A DNA stretch of 64,000 nt from an uncultured Phycisphaerales bacterium. GTDB taxonomy: Bacteria > Planctomycetota > Phycisphaerae > Tepidisphaerales > Tepidisphaeraceae. Shown here one piece after another: positions 34,737-45,378 of the stretch (position 1 is the first letter of the stretch; the number at the start of each line of letters is the position of its first letter). Made by a program: the position numbers and the translations under genes. Under the pieces are notes generated by a model. The model worked only from the letters and a program-made list of their open reading frames with translations. It searched no databases and was not told where the DNA came from. Location: the NCBI GenBank assembly GCA_963758525.1, contig CAVWVQ010000003.1:160001-224000 (forward strand), read 5' to 3'.

Positions 34737-36496
34737 ATGGAGCAAGCCGATCCGCTCATTTCGTGTCTGTGCGTCACGCGTGCGCGCGTGGCCTTGCTCC
34801 GTCGCGCCGTTCAATGTTTTTTTGAGCAAACCCATCGCCATCGCGAGCTGCTGATTCTCTTCGATTCCGATGATGCCGCCACGCGCCAGTACGTTGGCTC
34901 GCTCGACGACGATCGCATCCGCGGCATCGAGGTGCCGGACTCTCCGCGACAATCGCTGGGATCGCTGCGAAATCTTGCCGTCGGCGAGGCGCGCGGGCAA
35001 TACGTCTGCCAGTGGGACGACGACGACTGGTATCACCCTGATCGACTGACGGTGCAATTATCGGCGTTGCGCGGCAGCGGCCGCTGTGCATGCGTCCTTT
35101 CCCGCTGGACCTGCGTCGACACTGAGGCGCATCGCGCCTACATCTCCCCCCACCGCGCCTGGGAGGGAAGCATTCTGGCCGAGCGCGATCGAATGGCGGC
35201 CTACCCGGATCTGGCCCGCGGCGAGGACACGGTGGCAATCGAGACGCTGTCCCGTCAGCAACAACTGCACATGCTCGACCGGCCGGAACTTTACGTTTAC
35301 ACATTCCACGGCCGCAACACCTGGGATCGCAGCCATTGGGCTTATCTGCTTGGAAAATCGACGGTCGTTCCGTGGGATGAGTCGCAGGACATCCTGCGCC
35401 GCACGGGCTCCGATGCGATGGGTCCCAACGCGCTTCCGATGCGGGAGCACCTTGCACCCACGCGTTATTGGTTCGACCAGGCTTGCGAGCGCGGCCGCGA
35501 GCCGGCGCTGACCACATACTTCCGCTTCGCTGACGCGCCGGTCCGGATGCGTGTCGCGGGTAACGCGCTCAATGCTCACCTGAAGCGGAGCTACGAGCAG
35601 TTGCTGGCAGACGATGTCGACCCCGACGGCCCTTTCGCTTTGACGATAGACGCGTGGGACCGGGCCACGACCGGCTTGGGATGTCCCGGCGTCCCGATGC
35701 CGCCGGACCAGACGCAACTCCTCGATGAAGGATTGCTCAACTCATACGACGACGGACGCATCATCCGCTACGAACGAGGGCATTACGTCAACGCAATCGA
35801 CCGGATGGCGCCAAGATTTTCACCTGGCGGGCCGACGGAAACGATCAGGCGCTCTATGAACGGGCCAAGCCATTCCCCAACATGCTGGAGATCTGGTATC
35901 GCGATCAGGGCGTCCAGCAGTTGCATGCGGGCCTGGTGGCGCGCGACGGCAAGGGGGTGCTTTTTATCGGACAGAGCGGATCGGGAAAATCGACCTGCAC
36001 GCTCGCTTGCGCGCTGGACGGCTTCGACTACCTTGGCGACGACCACAACGGGCTGCAGATGACTCAGGACGGGCGTTGCATCGGACACAGCTACTACAAC
36101 GCCGCGCGAATCGGGCCCGGGCACCTGCGGCATTTCCCGGAACTGCGTCCGCACGAAGTGCCTCCGCACAACCAGTACGATCAGAAATCGCTGGTCTGGA
36201 TGACGCAGGTGACCGGCCGCGTCGCAAAAAAGTGCGACATCGTCGCGGTCGTCATGCCGCGGATCGTCGTCGGAGGCACGACGCGATTTCGCCGGGCATC
36301 CAAGGTGCAGACGCTGATTGCGCTCGCTCCCAGCACGCTTAAAGTGCCGATGGGCGCGGGGCTGGGCGGCTTCATGAACCTCACCGACTTCATCCCGAAG
36401 ATCCCCTGCTTTCTGCTCGAATGCGGCCCCGACGTGCGTCAGATTCCCGATTGCGTGCGGCGGATGATTGATGCGGCCGCGGGGAGCGGAGGGTAA
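34737..36496 (+). CDS. GT2 glycosyltransferase fused to an HPr-kinase-like P-loop domain (frameshift near 35808)
   Basis: PLISCLCVT...CQWDDDDWYHPDRL; after the shift YERAKPF...LHAGLV...GQSGSGKST...YLGDD. Confidence 0.8.
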
Positions 36497-37629
36497 TGCG
36501 CATCCTCTATTGGACAGAGTCATTCTGGCCGAGGATCGGCGGAAGTGAAGTGGCGGCGGCGGCGCTGATCGGCGAAATGCGGTGCCGGGGCCATCAATTC
36601 GAGGTGGTGACACGGCAGTGGTCGCCGGATCAACCGGCAACCGATCGATGGAACGGTATTGCCGTGCATCGCGTGCCATTCGATGACGGCACGTTTGACC
36701 GGCTCAACCTGGAAGAGATCCTCCCGCTGCGTCAGCGCGTGGCTGCGATCAAGCGACGATTCAAACCTGATCTGGTTCACGTCGGCCTCACAGGACCGAG
36801 CCTGTTCCTGCATAATTTCACCGCGGGGCAGTTTCCCGCGCCCACGCTCATCACCCTGCATGTCGTGCCTGTGGAAACCGAATACGGCCGGAACAAGCCG
36901 GTACGCGAGGCGCTTCGCGCCGCAGCCTGGCTGGCGCCGGTTTCAAACGCCGTGGCAGCGCGGATACAGCATCGGTTACCGGCCCTGGCGGAACGCTGCT
37001 CGGTGATCCATAACGGATTGCCCGAGCCGACGGCGGCGCTCCTGCCCGTCCCCTTTTCACCGCCAAGACTGCTCTGTGTTGGTCGCGTCACCGAACAGAA
37101 GGGCTTCGACACCGCCGTCGCGGCGATGCCTTTCGTACGCGAGATGTTTCCAGACGCGGAGTTGTTGATTGCAGGGGATGGCGATGCGACTGAATCGCTC
37201 CGGGAATTAGCGTGCACGTTGAATGTCTCCGATTGCGTGAAACAACTGGGGTGGACGCCGTCAGACCAGGTGCCGGGGCTGATCGACGCAGCGACGCTGG
37301 TGTTGATGCCTTCGCGATGGGAGCCGTTCGGATTGGTGGCGCTGCAGGCAGGTCAGCGAGGCCGCGCGTGCGTGGCGGCGGATGTCGATGGTTTGCCCGA
37401 GATCGTGCAGCACGAACGGACGGGGCTGCTGCTTCCCCCGGATCAACCGCGACAATGGGCCGACGCCATCTGCTTACTGCTCACCGACCGGCAACGCATC
37501 ATGATGATGGGCCGCGAGGCGCGGCGGTTTGTTTCGCGGCAATTCAGCCTTGCGAAGCACGTGGACGCGTACGAATCGCTCTATCAGCGCCTGGCCGCCC
37601 GCGCCTGCAGGGAAGAGGCGATGGCATGA
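36496..37629 (+). CDS. GT4 glycosyltransferase
   Basis: FWPRIGGSE, VIHNG, VGRVTEQKGF, PSRWEPFGLVALQA, GLPEIV. Confidence 0.93.
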   Translation: MRILYWTESFWPRIGGSEVAAAALIGEMRCRGHQFEVVTRQWSPDQPATDRWNGIAVHRVPFDDGTFDRLNLEEILPLRQRVAAIKRRFKPDLVHVGLTGPSLFLHNFTAGQFPAPTLITLHVVPVETEYGRNKPVREALRAAAWLAPVSNAVAARIQHRLPALAERCSVIHNGLPEPTAALLPVPFSPPRLLCVGRVTEQKGFDTAVAAMPFVREMFPDAELLIAGDGDATESLRELACTLNVSDCVKQLGWTPSDQVPGLIDAATLVLMPSRWEPFGLVALQAGQRGRACVAADVDGLPEIVQHERTGLLLPPDQPRQWADAICLLLTDRQRIMMMGREARRFVSRQFSLAKHVDAYESLYQRLAARACREEAMA

Positions 37630-38336
37630 GCAGGCCAACCGTCAGTTGCATTCTCGCCGTTTACAACGGCCGCCAATACTTGGCCGAGGCGCTGGACTCG
37701 ATCCGGCGTCAGTCGCGGCCGGTGGATGAGATCATTGTCGTGGACGACGGATCGACCGATGACACGGTCGAGATCGCCGAGAGATTCGGTGCGCCTCTCC
37801 GCTGCATCCGCCAGCAGAACGCCGGCCAGTCCGCGGCCCGCAATCATGGTGTCCGCGTCTCGCGCGGCGACATGCTGTCATTTCTCGACTGCGACGACCT
37901 CATTCATCCCAAAAAGATCGAGCGCCAACTGCGGCGCTTTGATGAGGCTCCGCAACTGGCGCTGATCGACGCCTACGCGCAGAACTTCTGGAGCCCAGAA
38001 GTTCCCCAGGAGCAGCGGCAATTGACCGGCTGGCAAGCCATGACCCATTCCGACCAACCGTGGCCGGAGTTCATCGCAACCTGGCTCTTCCGGCGCGAAG
38101 CATGGCAGTGCGCGGGACAGTTCGACGAGAACCGCCGATTTGCCGAGGACAGCGACTGGCATGACCGCGTGCGCTTCAGCGGCATGCCGATGGAGACGAT
38201 GCGGGCGGTGCTCGCCCGGCGCCGGCTGCATCAGACGAATCTCACTCGCAGCAACTACGTCGACCACATCGACGGCCTGCAACGTTTTTACAAGGAGAAA
38301 ATCGACCGCCTGCGCGCTCAGGAACGCGCCGGTTGA
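37626..38336 (+). CDS. GT2 glycosyltransferase
   Basis: VSCILAVYNG, VVDDGSTD, AARNHG, FLDCDD. Confidence 0.92.
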   Translation: MSRPTVSCILAVYNGRQYLAEALDSIRRQSRPVDEIIVVDDGSTDDTVEIAERFGAPLRCIRQQNAGQSAARNHGVRVSRGDMLSFLDCDDLIHPKKIERQLRRFDEAPQLALIDAYAQNFWSPEVPQEQRQLTGWQAMTHSDQPWPEFIATWLFRREAWQCAGQFDENRRFAEDSDWHDRVRFSGMPMETMRAVLARRRLHQTNLTRSNYVDHIDGLQRFYKEKIDRLRAQERAG

Positions 38337-38344
38337 TTTACGTC

Positions 38345-39034
38345 ATGACGTCACCCGGCATCAGCTTGATCATCCCGGCATACAACGCGAGCCGCTATCT
38401 GCGCGAAGCGATCGACTCCGCGCTGAGCCAGACGATCAAGCCGAGGCAGTTGATCGTTGTGGACGACGGGTCGACCGACGACACGCTGCAGATCGCCCGA
38501 AGTTACGGCGATATCCTCACGGCCATCACACAGCCCAATGGCGAAGGCTCGGCAGCGCGCAATCGCGGCCTGACGGAAGCGGACCAGCCATTGATCGCGT
38601 TCCTGGACGCGGATGATCGATATGCACCCAATAAACTCGAGCGGCAACTGCAGTCCCTCTCTGACCACCCGGGCGCGATGCTCTGCATCTGCCGAGCCTG
38701 CGACTTCTGGTCGCCAGACCTTCCCGCTGCCGTTCGCAAGGCCTCAAACTTCGAGCCGCAGTTCAGGCCGGGCCAGCCGGGCACCTGGCTGGCGCGACGA
38801 GAAGTCTTCGAGTGCGCCGGGAGGTTCAACACCTCGCCAGCATTTAATTTCAGCGAAGGATCGGAGCTGTATTCACGCATCGAGAACGCCAGACTCGCAG
38901 TGGTGCGAATTGACGATGTGCTGGTCGAACGACGGCTGCATTCCTCGAACAAGACCGCGAATTCCAAAGCGCATCTTGATGGAATCATGTCGTTGATGAA
39001 GCGGCGGCTGGAATTGCGGAGGGGATCGGCATGA
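38345..39034 (+). CDS. GT2 glycosyltransferase
   Basis: ISLIIPAYN, VVDDGSTD, AARNRG, FLDADD. Confidence 0.92.
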   Translation: MTSPGISLIIPAYNASRYLREAIDSALSQTIKPRQLIVVDDGSTDDTLQIARSYGDILTAITQPNGEGSAARNRGLTEADQPLIAFLDADDRYAPNKLERQLQSLSDHPGAMLCICRACDFWSPDLPAAVRKASNFEPQFRPGQPGTWLARREVFECAGRFNTSPAFNFSEGSELYSRIENARLAVVRIDDVLVERRLHSSNKTANSKAHLDGIMSLMKRRLELRRGSA

Positions 39035-39186
39035 GCCAGTACGAAGTGCGGGATCCAGCGGCTCACGGTGGCGAACGGCCAATCTTGCTCCCTCCCGCGG
39101 AGAGGGGACCGGAGGGAAATCGCCCGCCGGTAAATTGTGCCCCTGGGACAGCGAATGAACTACCTGCGCGGAGTAGGCGGGTTTGC

Positions 39187-39879
39187 ATGATGACCACACC
39201 AGGCATCAGCCTGATTATCCCCGTTTTCAATGCGAGTCTTTATCTGCGCGAAGCCATCGACTCGGTGTTGAGCCAGACCCGCAAGGCGCAACAGATCATC
39301 GTCGTGGACGACGGATCGACCGACGACAGCCGCGAGATTGCCCTGGGGTACGGCAGCGCGATCACGCTCATCTCGCAGGCGAACGGCGGCACTGCCGCGG
39401 CGCGCAATCGCGGCCTGGAAGAGGCAAACCAGCCGTTGATCGGGTTCCTCGACAACGACGACCGATTCACGCCCCAAAAGCTCGAGCGACAACTGCACGC
39501 GCTTCTGGAAAATGACGGCGCGATGCTATGCGTCTGCCGGGTGCGTGCCTTCTGGTCGCCCGAGGTGCCCGGGAGCGCCCGAAGAGCCGTTGATCTAACC
39601 CCGCAATTTCGTCCGGGGCAGCCCGGCGCGTGGCTGGCGCGGCGCGAACTGTTCGAGCGCGTTGGCGGCTTCAGCGATGAGCCGCAGTGTTATTACATCG
39701 AAGGCTCGGAATTGTTCGTGCGTATCGAGCACGCGGGATGCGCGGTGGCGCGAATCGATGACGCGCTGCTCGAGAGACGGCTCAGCCTGTCGAACAAAAC
39801 AGCCAACTCCAAAGCGCACCTCGACGGGATTATGACCCTTATGCAGCGGCGGCTGCATTTACGGCGGTGTTCCACATGA
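39187..39879 (+). CDS. GT2 glycosyltransferase (paralog of 38345-39034)
   Basis: ISLIIPVFN, FLDNDD; shares PQFRPGQPG and NKTANSKAHLDGIM with the upstream gene. Confidence 0.92.
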   Translation: MMTTPGISLIIPVFNASLYLREAIDSVLSQTRKAQQIIVVDDGSTDDSREIALGYGSAITLISQANGGTAAARNRGLEEANQPLIGFLDNDDRFTPQKLERQLHALLENDGAMLCVCRVRAFWSPEVPGSARRAVDLTPQFRPGQPGAWLARRELFERVGGFSDEPQCYYIEGSELFVRIEHAGCAVARIDDALLERRLSLSNKTANSKAHLDGIMTLMQRRLHLRRCST

Positions 39880-40592
39880 GCCAGTACGATCTCCCACTCG
39901 TGAGTTGCATCATCGCCGTGTACAACGGCCAAGCGTATTTGCGCGAAGCGATCGAATCACTGCTCGCCCAGGAATATCCGCTGTTGGAGATCGTGGTGGT
40001 CGATGACGGCTCGACCGACGGCACGGCCGGCGTAATCAGCGCGTATCGCGGTCGCGTCCACGCGATCAGCCAGACCAATTGCGGCGTATCCGTCGCCCGC
40101 AATCGCGGGGTGGAGATGTCATCGGGCCGACTGCTTTGCTTTTTGGACGCCGACGATCTGCTGGATCCGCGGAAGATTGCGGCGCAGGTGGCCGCGTTCG
40201 GCACCGATGAACGCCTCGATTTTTGCGACTGCCATACTTCGTACTTCTGGAGTCCGGAGATTTCGGCCGAGGCGCTCGAGCGGGATCCTCGCCATGCCCA
40301 GCCATTCTGGCACACGCCCCTGCCGCGTCACATCAGCACCTGGTTGTTTCGTTGCGAGCTATGGGATCGCGTCGGCACGTTTGCTGCCAGACTCCGCTAC
40401 GCCGAGGACGTGGACTGGTTCAGCCGGGCTCGCGATCTTCCCATGCGCAGCCTGACACTCCCCGATGTGCTGACACATCGGCGACTCCATACGGGCAACG
40501 TGACCGCGCAATGCCGCGACCGGCAGGTCGACGACCTCGCGAGCACACTCCGGGCGCACATGGTCCGCGCGCGAACAAGGAACGCGGGCTGA
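39876..40592 (+). CDS. GT2 glycosyltransferase
   Basis: LVSCIIAVYNG, VVDDGSTD, FLDADD, AEDVDW, RRLHTGN. Confidence 0.92.
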   Translation: MSQYDLPLVSCIIAVYNGQAYLREAIESLLAQEYPLLEIVVVDDGSTDGTAGVISAYRGRVHAISQTNCGVSVARNRGVEMSSGRLLCFLDADDLLDPRKIAAQVAAFGTDERLDFCDCHTSYFWSPEISAEALERDPRHAQPFWHTPLPRHISTWLFRCELWDRVGTFAARLRYAEDVDWFSRARDLPMRSLTLPDVLTHRRLHTGNVTAQCRDRQVDDLASTLRAHMVRARTRNAG

Positions 40593-42104
40593 TGCAACAC
40601 CAGTTGCCCATCTCCGCCTGCGATCCGCCGCTGGCCGATACCCTTCGGCTGATGATGCCATGCGCAACCACCACGCTGCTGCTGCAAGCGGCACTGCTTC
40701 AAAGCGGCGCGGCCGGCGAAGCGTGGTTGAAATGGAGGCAAACCATCGCAGATCCCAAGGCATTTCTCGCATCCGATCGCGTCGGCATCAAACGTCACTT
40801 GCCTTTGTTGTACCGCAACCTGACCGCGCACCAGGTGGACGTCGGCCGCGACCTTGAACCGTACTTCCGCGCGGCCCGCGCTCGTGAGGAGCTTCGCAGC
40901 GCGCGGTATCGCCGATTCCTCGGCGAAGCACTCGGCGCGCTGCAACGCAGCGGCGTTGAGTTTGTCGTGGGCAAGGGCGTGACCGTCGGCGAAACGATCC
41001 ACGCAGATCCGGTTGTGCGGCACAGCCACGACATCGATCTGCTGGTGCGACCTGGGGACCTGGCCACCGCGGCCGAGGCGTTGCAGAAAGCGCGATTCCC
41101 CTCGTCTGCGACACACAGCCCGCGCGGCGAGCCGCGATTCGTCCACGAATCGGGCTTGCCCGTGGAACTGCACCATCGGTTGTACCGCACGCCCTTCTAT
41201 GACGGCGACCTGACGGGCGTCTGGGACCGGGCACGCGCCGGCGAAGCCCTCGGCATGCCAGTGCGGCTGATCAGCGACGTCGACCTGCTCGTGCAAGCGC
41301 CGGTGCATGCGTCGGTCGTGCCGCAACGCTGCGGACTCAGTTGGATTGTCGATGTCGCAAGTCTTCTGCAACGACGCGATGCCGAAGGAACAGCGATTGA
41401 CTGGGCGTCGGTCATCTGGATCGCGGGCGAAGCGGGCGCGACGCTGCCGCTGTACGTGACGTATCATTATCTTGCGACCACATTCAAGGCCCCGATTCCC
41501 CGGCAGGTCATCGAAGAACTGGGCCGCTCGGCGCAGGGCAGGACCGCTGCAGCATCTGGCGGCCTTGGACGGCCTGCGCTGCGAAGCCCGATATCGGCGG
41601 ATCAAAGTGCTGCTCGACGCCAGCGGATGGCGCTCGCGCGCGGCGATCGCCAGAGCGATGCTGCTGCCGCCGCCGGCATATCTCAGGGCAACGCATCCGG
41701 GGATACGCCGGTTACCGCTGGCGCGAATTTATATCACACGACCGCTGCAGTTTGCCGGCAGGCAATTCAACCGATTCAAGTTCCGATTGCGGCAACGATG
41801 GCTGGGTCTGACGCAAACGCCGTTGGCACCTGTTGCGATAGCAGCAGCCGTCGCGTGCAACCGCGAATCATGGAAGCAGCTTCTTGCCTCCTCCCCTGGT
41901 ACTCCGGGGGAGGATCGAGGTGGGGGCCCTGTAAGTGCAACCGTGCCGCTATTACGCCCGGCCCCCACCCCAACCCTCCCCCGGAGTACCAGGGGAGGGG
42001 GCAAGAGCGCGTCAACTCAGGAGACCGGTGACATTCGAGCCGGTTCTGCGCGTAGTCCGGCGGCTTCGGCTCCACCCTCAATTGCACGGGAGTCCCTCGT
42101 ATGA
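40592..42104 (+). CDS. Nucleotidyltransferase family protein (NTP_transf_5 type; frameshift near 41535; REP in 3' end)
   Basis: LPLLYRNL, VGKG...RHSHDIDLLV, VELHHRL, SWIVDV. Confidence 0.8.
41883..42006. repeat. REP doublet (CCTCCCC-GGTAC-GGGGAGG family)
   Basis: Inverted arms resembling 8270-8385. Confidence 0.8.
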
Positions 42105-44103
42105 TCGGACGCATTCGCTCCAGCCGCGCCCGCTACCGCGAGTACTGCCGCCAAATGCGGCAGACGCGATACGACCCGGCGGCGCGGCGAATACTGCCGA
42201 AGGACGTTGCCGCGCACGATGCGCAGACCGGCCAAAGTCGTCACCGGCGAAGCACGCGCGAATTGATCGGCGCCTTCTGGCGTCAACTGCGCGCGCATCG
42301 CCTCGTGCTGTGGAATGTCCTTCTTACCTCGGGCATCGCGACCCTGGTGGGTTTGCTGCCGCCTTATGGGATGAAGGTCATCTTCGACAATGTCTTCACG
42401 GGCAAGCCACTGCCGAAGGCGATCGCATCATTGCGCTGGATGCCCTCCACGCCGTCGGGACTGCTCTGGACCGTGGTGATGGCGATGTTCGCGCTGTCGG
42501 TCCTCTCGGTGGTGACCAGGACGATCAGCAATTCCATCGCCTATCGGCTGCAACAGCACCTGATTCTGCGGGCGCAGCGGCGCCTCCTGCATCACACGCT
42601 GCGAATGCCGTTGCATCGGCTGCGTCAGATCACGTCCGGCGGTATGTCTTTCATCGTGCGTCACGATGCCAATGCGGTGGGCGATCTGGTGGTCTTCCTC
42701 GTGTACGAACCGTGGAAAGCGATCATTCAATTGCTGGGCTGCTTCGCGGTCCTCGCCTGGGTGGACTGGCGGCTGCTTGCCGGGTCGCTGGCGCTGCTGC
42801 CGCTCCTGTACATGGCACAGCGGACGCGCGTCGGGCGGATTCGCGACATGGCGGAGGATGCGTTGTCCCACGACCAGCAGCTTGACGGTCAAACCGCCGA
42901 ACTCTTCGGCGGCATCCGCGTCATCCGCGGCTTCGGCCGTGAATCCACCGTCGCGGCGCGGATGCTCCGCCGGCACCACTTCGTCTCGCGCCTGCAGTTG
43001 CTGTCCTGGTGGCTGTTCCGGAGCGTGGATGTCGGCTGGATGATTCTGATTCCGCTGGCGTCGGCCGTCCTCCTGGCGGTGGGCGGAGCACGCGTGCTTC
43101 ACGATGCGGCGGAAGTCGCCGCCGGGCGCCGGCGCCGGCGCATGCCTTTTCCGTCGGCAGCCTGGTCATGTTCATGGCGTATCTGGCATGGCTGCTCAAT
43201 CCGCTGGCGGCGCTGGCGCGCACCAGCACACACCTGCAGAACGCCCTGGCGGGTATGAACCGTGCATTAGACGTGTTGGAAGAGCCCGTCGAGGCCGCGA
43301 CGCAAGGCGCGATTTGCAATCTGCGGCCGTCGGGGGATGGAGCCGTCTCGCTGAGCGATGTGTGGTTCACCTATCCCGGCAGCGACGAACCCGTGCTGCG
43401 CGGCATCGATCTCGACGTGCCCGCCGGCCAGACTGTTGCGCTGGTCGGCCCCAGCGGCGCCGGAAAGTCCACGCTCACCAATCTCATCGCTCGCTTCTAC
43501 GACCCCGACCAGGGAACCGTCCGACTGGACGGCGCCGATGTGCGTCTGATCGACGTGAGGTTCTGCCGCAAAATGATGGCGCTCGTCGATCAGGACATCT
43601 TCCTCTTCGACGGCACGATCGGCGAGAATATCGCGTGCGGCAACCGCCGCGCGTCGGCCCGCGAGATCGTCGAGGCGGCCAAGGGCGCTCACGCCCACGA
43701 GTTCATCACGGAATTGCCCGAGGGTTACAACACTTCCGTGGGCGAGCGCGGCCTGCGCTTCTCCGGCGGACAACGCCAGCGCATCGCGATCGCGCGAGCA
43801 ATGCTCGCCGATCCAAAGATTCTCATTCTCGACGAGGCCACCAGCCATCTCGATCCGGAAAACGAGCGTCTCATCCAACAATCCCTTGCGTCGCTCATGG
43901 CCGGCCGCACATGCTTCGTCATCGCCCATCGTCTCAGCACGATCCGTCACGCCGACCAGATCGTGGTCCTCGAGGAGGGCCGAATCACCGAGCGCGGCCG
44001 GCACGAAGAATTGATGCTCAGCAGCAGCCGATACCGGCGGATGATTCAGCTGCAACTGGGCGTCGAGGAGTCGGCGTCGCAGCCGGAAGAAGCCGTGGTT
44101 TAG
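42101..44103 (+). CDS. ABC exporter, fused TMD-NBD (frameshift near 43130)
   Basis: TM helices followed by GPSGAGKST, FSGGQRQRIAIARA, ILDEATS, IAHRLST; no C39 peptidase domain seen. Confidence 0.9.
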
Positions 44104-44138
44104 AATCACGCATCAAGTTTGCGGATCAGATTCGAACC

Positions 44139-44534
44139 TCAACGCGAGACCTCAGGGTCCTCCGCCAATCCCTGCTCAACTAACATCCTCTTGAATTCCT
44201 TCGGCGTGCGAATGGAATCCATCGCACCCTTCCGAATTCGTTCGAGCAGATCGCCTGATACAGGTTCAAACATTTTCCGCAAACCCGCTTTCACCATCGC
44301 ATCGAGTTCGGCGTTCGACGCCTTCGCATTGCCACGGGAATAGGTGATACACGTGCGATTCGTAACCGTCGAGTGGGCTCCCGGCAGAAGCACGCAGGTG
44401 TGGTCCTCGCGTGCGTCCCAACTTGTCATGCCCACGAAAAGCACCTTATCGGGGTGCTGGTCTGGGTTGGAGATGATCACTTTCGCGTGTCGGTCCGCGG
44501 CTTTGACAAGCCGGAACACATCCCCTTGTTTCAC
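44139..44534 (-). CDS. Putative toxin, possibly PemK/MazF-like fold
   Basis: MKQGDVF...RHAKVIIS...VGMTS pattern; overlaps the Panacea gene by 4 nt. Confidence 0.55.
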   Translation of the reverse strand: MKQGDVFRLVKAADRHAKVIISNPDQHPDKVLFVGMTSWDAREDHTCVLLPGAHSTVTNRTCITYSRGNAKASNAELDAMVKAGLRKMFEPVSGDLLERIRKGAMDSIRTPKEFKRMLVEQGLAEDPEVSR

Positions 44535-45097
44535 GCGTCCCTCACGGCGCCCAGAGCATCTTCAAAAGCCGCCTCCGCCTGCTCGTCGGCAATAAGACGT
44601 TCTTCGTAATCCGTCATTCCGAGAGCCTCCAGCACATCATGGAGTGGTATGTCCTTCTTGCTTCCCTCCGGTGGCTGATTCTTGCTCCATTCGGGGAACT
44701 TGTGAGTCTCGTCGGCAATATCGTAATCGGTCATGCCCCGTCGCATTGCACTCACGGCTCGCAATTTCCTGATCTCGTACTCGGAGAGGGTGTCATCACC
44801 CGGTTGGCCGACCAACATATGACTGCGTTCGCCATCCTGAGCGATGTATTTGTCCCAGATGGCATTTCCGGGCTGCGATTCACGTCTGATCAGTTTATAG
44901 GTTTTTGACAAAACGGGGCCGTGATCCATCGCTACGACATCATCGCCGGTGATCGGCTGAAGAGTTTCCGCAATGCTCTCGCGATCAGCGATGTAGAGCA
45001 GCTTCAGCAACCGCAATCTGGTCATTTTCCCACCCTCCTGTTGCAAGAGGGTGGATGCCGCCTGTACGGCCTTGAGCGTGTTGAATGAAATGACCAT
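44531..45097 (-). CDS. Panacea (DUF4065/SocA-like) antitoxin
   Basis: LLKLLYIADR...PITGD...MDHGPV, ETH..PEW. Confidence 0.85.
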   Translation of the reverse strand: MVISFNTLKAVQAASTLLQQEGGKMTRLRLLKLLYIADRESIAETLQPITGDDVVAMDHGPVLSKTYKLIRRESQPGNAIWDKYIAQDGERSHMLVGQPGDDTLSEYEIRKLRAVSAMRRGMTDYDIADETHKFPEWSKNQPPEGSKKDIPLHDVLEALGMTDYEERLIADEQAEAAFEDALGAVRDA

Positions 45098-45378
45098 CGC
45101 CGAACCACCTGCTGCGTTATGCGTTAATTCGATATTGTATGTCGTGCGTCCCATTCGACAAACTCGGCGGCTTGGCCGAGCAGGGCTTCTGCGACATAGA
45201 CATTCATATCGAAGAATATCTTCATCGATCGCGAGGCCTTGCTACCGTCTGATCAATGCTTCGTGGTGGATTCCCGCATGGCGCGCGATCTCCCAAGCCG
45301 GACTCGATCTCCGTGATGATGTTGCCAACCGTCGCCTGGCTCATAGGTTACAAATGATAGACAAGACTTCGGCGAATC

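Noticed and set aside
39031..39186. N-terminal extension of the GT2 at 39187
   Set aside because: Better explained as a duplication scar; the paralog alignment starts at MTTPGISLII.
34275..44103. Canonical lasso peptide or PQQ biosynthesis cluster
   Set aside because: No asparagine-synthetase-like cyclase, B2 protease, radical SAM enzyme or pqqABCE genes visible.
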